In this document: piece by piece, positions 12,461-64,000 of the stretch
Numbering within the stretch: the stretch's first letter is position 1
How the letters are laid out: the number at the start of each line of letters is the position of its first letter
DNA from: Octopus vulgaris
Taxonomy: Eukaryota
Direction: 5' to 3'
DNA: 64,000 nt
Assembly (NCBI GenBank): GCA_951406725.2
Contig: OX597822.1
Coordinates: 89,528,001 to 89,592,000 of the forward strand
Translations under genes and position numbers: made by a program
Notes under the pieces: generated by a model
Database searches by the model: none
What the model saw: only the letters and a program-made list of their open reading frames with translations
Told to the model about the DNA's origin: nothing

Positions 12461-14026
12461 AATATATATATTCATGCATAAGGTGAAAAGCTTGTCTTTT
12501 ATACATATTTCATTATCAAACTATGTTTCAGTTTCTTATTTTTTTTTATATATATTTACTTTCTTGTATTTACTTTGAAACAATAAAGTTTTAAAATCCA
12601 TATTCAATGTTTCCAAACCTTCATCAAATCAAATATTCAAGTATTGAAATAGATTTAACATCTGCATTACTTCTTATATTCCAGGTTTGATTTTTGTCGA
12701 TTTTTCTGCTAAAGATTTTTTCACAGTAAGGTCTCCATGTCAACAATTGCGTTGGTTTATTATTGTCAAACTTACATAGCTATTACCACCAATTTTTGAC
12801 CATTATGTCTTCATGTCAGTAGTTAGTTTTCATGAAGGCATAACTAATTATTTTAAGAGATGGTAATTAATATTGTTCCGATCAGCAAAGAAAGAGACAG
12901 TGTAACACAATAGTTGTTTAAATGCCTGGCAAAGATGTCATTTTTGATAAAGGATATATATATATATATATATATACACATCATTATCATCATCAACGTC
13001 GTTTAAAGTCCACTTTCCATGCTGACATGGGTTGGACAGTTTGACTGAGCCAGAAGGCTGCATCAGGTTCCAGTCCAATCTGGCAAAGTTTCTACAGCTG
13101 GATACCCTTCCTAATGCCAACCACTCCGACAGCGTAGTGAGTACTTTTACGTGCCACTGGCACAAGGGCCAGTCAGGCAGTTCTGGCAACGACCACGGTC
13201 AAAAGGTGTTTTTTATGTGCTACCTACACAGGAGCCAGTCCGGCGGCACTAGCAACAAAAACATGCTCGAATGTTGTTTTTCACATGTCACAGGCACATG
13301 TGCCGGTAAGGCGACACTGGCAACGAACAAGTTTAAATGGTGCTTTTTACGTGTCACCGGCACGGGAGCCAATCCATGGCCCTGGCAACAATCACACTCA
13401 GATGTGCTTTTAACGTTCCACTGGCATGAGTGCTAATCAGGTAGAACTGTCATCGGCCACGTCAGCGATTTTGATTTGATTTCACTTGCCTCAATAGGTT
13501 TTCACAAGCAAAGTTTATTGTCAAATGAATGACAGGTAGTCATAAGTAGGCATAAGCAGACATTAAACAATGATAATGATGAGTTGCAGGCCTATAGAAA
13601 AGGACATCTAAGTGCATGTACTTTTCTTTAGTCCACAGTTTCTGTTTGCTTCCCAACCACATGGTTCTGAGTTCAATCTTACCTTGGATACATGTCTTCT
13701 GTTATACCCCAAGGTTGATCAAAGCCTTCTAAAGCCTGTCGCGCGTGTGTGTGTGTGTGTGTTATTGTCTTTTTACCTTGACATTGTGTGATAGTTGTGA
13801 ATGAACGTCTCTGTCATGCAAGTATCATCCTTTGTTTCCAGTCTTTCATGGGAAAATATTACCTTATTTAAAAACAGGTGAGAGTTGGCAACAGGAAGGG
13901 TATCCATCTGTAGAAAATTTGCCCCAACAAAATTCTGTCCAATCCATGAAAGCATGGAAAAGTAGATGAAGATGATGATATAAACAAATGCTGCCAAAAG
14001 TTAAAACAAAATAAAATAACAAAAAC

Positions 14027-14040
14027 TTTATTAATTTATT
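14027..14040 (-). promoter_or_regulatory. Tandem AATAAA poly(A) signals, BRCA1 3'UTR
   Basis: Two AATAAA hexamers on the minus strand about 260 nt after the stop, followed by a T/GT-rich tract. Confidence 0.5.
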
Positions 14041-14297
14041 AAGAATTAGAACTTGAAGAAAGCAAACAAAAGTCTAAATGTGATGTAATCAAAAAGAAGC
14101 AATGCTGCATAGATTGTGGAAATCAGAAAATGTGTAACGGAAGTCCATCAATAGCAGGAACTATATTACAACCAGTATATATGACATATGAATTTTTCAC
14201 AAAGCTTTTGAAGAATTTTTCTTTTACTGACTAATAAAGGTAATCTTAATGGTTTTGTCAGTAAGAAAAAATTAAATAAATACCCTTAAATCCAATA

Positions 14298-63122
<48,825 letters not shown>

Positions 63123-63449
63123 CTATGAAAATACAATATAAAGAAAACAATAAAGAGACAATCAAAAGAAGTAGTAGGAGTAGCAGCATCAGTATGTTAC
63201 AGAAAACTGTTTGGATTACTTTGAATCACATTCTTTAATCACATTCATCACTTTTAACTGTAGTCAGGACTCATAAAATAAAGTTTTTCTGGTGAAGTGT
63301 AAAGACACAGAATGAAAAGAAACAAGCATCTTCACCAATTATTTAAAAATAATATATCACATGAACTATCATTGGCATTTCGATTTTTTATTAAGATATA
63401 CAAAAACAAGTTGGAAATTCTTCATTAGCAAGGAAGATATCTTCAGTGA

Positions 63450-64000
63450 GATTTAATATACATTATTTACATTGACAGATATTTGTCCTCATCTTGTTTG
63501 TTGTTAACACGTTTCCGCTGATATACCCTCCAGCCTTCATCAGGTGTCTTGGGGAAATTTCAAACCTTGTTTCTCATTCCTAAGGTATTTTTCGATGTTG
63601 TTATTATTATCATTATTATTATTATTATTATTATTATTAGGTCACTGCCTGGAATCAAACTTGGAATCTTCAGGTTAGTAGCCCGTGTTCTTAACCACTA
63701 CGCCATATGCCCATGAGCAATTATGGAGTGAATTTTAGGGCTTATAAATCTAATAGTCTCCTATCCTTCCTTAGTACCGGTTCCCATATGCTGTTCATAT
63801 CTGCACTTGGTCTGCTTAGGAGGTTGTTGTGTCCTAGCATATGTGCTCTCTGTCTATTATTTTAACTTCATCCCACAGGGGGACGTGGTCTCCATTTTAC
63901 CATACATGATCAGCTATACCCAATTTATCAATATCTCCCCCCCCGCCCGTGTCACAGCTTTGTGATGTTCCTCTACCCTTATTTTGAGGGGGCAGCATGC
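63450..64000 (-). mobile_element. Penelope-like element 3' part (GIY-YIG C-terminus, tRNA-like insert, pLTR with hammerhead-like motif)
   Basis: PLKIRVEEHHKAV...GIADHVW*NGDHVPLWDEVKIIDRE; CTGATGA-AGGCTG..CAGC-GGAAAC at 63543-63511. Confidence 0.7.

Noticed and set aside
63123-64000. First BRCA1 exons (CxxC...CxHxFC)
   Set aside because: No such peptide found; they must lie beyond the window.

Overview
AT-rich, repeat-dense eukaryotic genomic DNA. The tRNA-derived SINE families, RTE LINEs and microsatellites strongly suggest a coleoid cephalopod (Octopus), but this is inference. Two spliced genes converge tail-to-tail. (1) Minus strand: a BRCA1 orthologue, which I assembled by hand into 18-19 phase-compatible exons between 63122 and 14298. 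It has the C-terminal half of the RING, a 2.5-kb central S/TQ-rich exon, a PALB2-type coiled coil and tandem BRCT repeats. About 1,840 codons are visible; the first RING exon(s) lie beyond the right edge. (2) Plus strand: the last three exons (4491-9911) of a 5-methylthioribose-kinase (MtnK/MTK)-like gene whose metal-binding DxE motif reads NFE. Introns are packed with SINEs, RTE LINEs (one with a 660-aa RT ORF carrying a PHD-type finger), R4/Dong, mariner, piggyBac-type, Helitron and 8-bp-TSD elements, and Penelope-like fragments carrying hammerhead-ribozyme motifs. Almost all short ORFs in the supplied track are spurious. All calls were made by eye without database searches.
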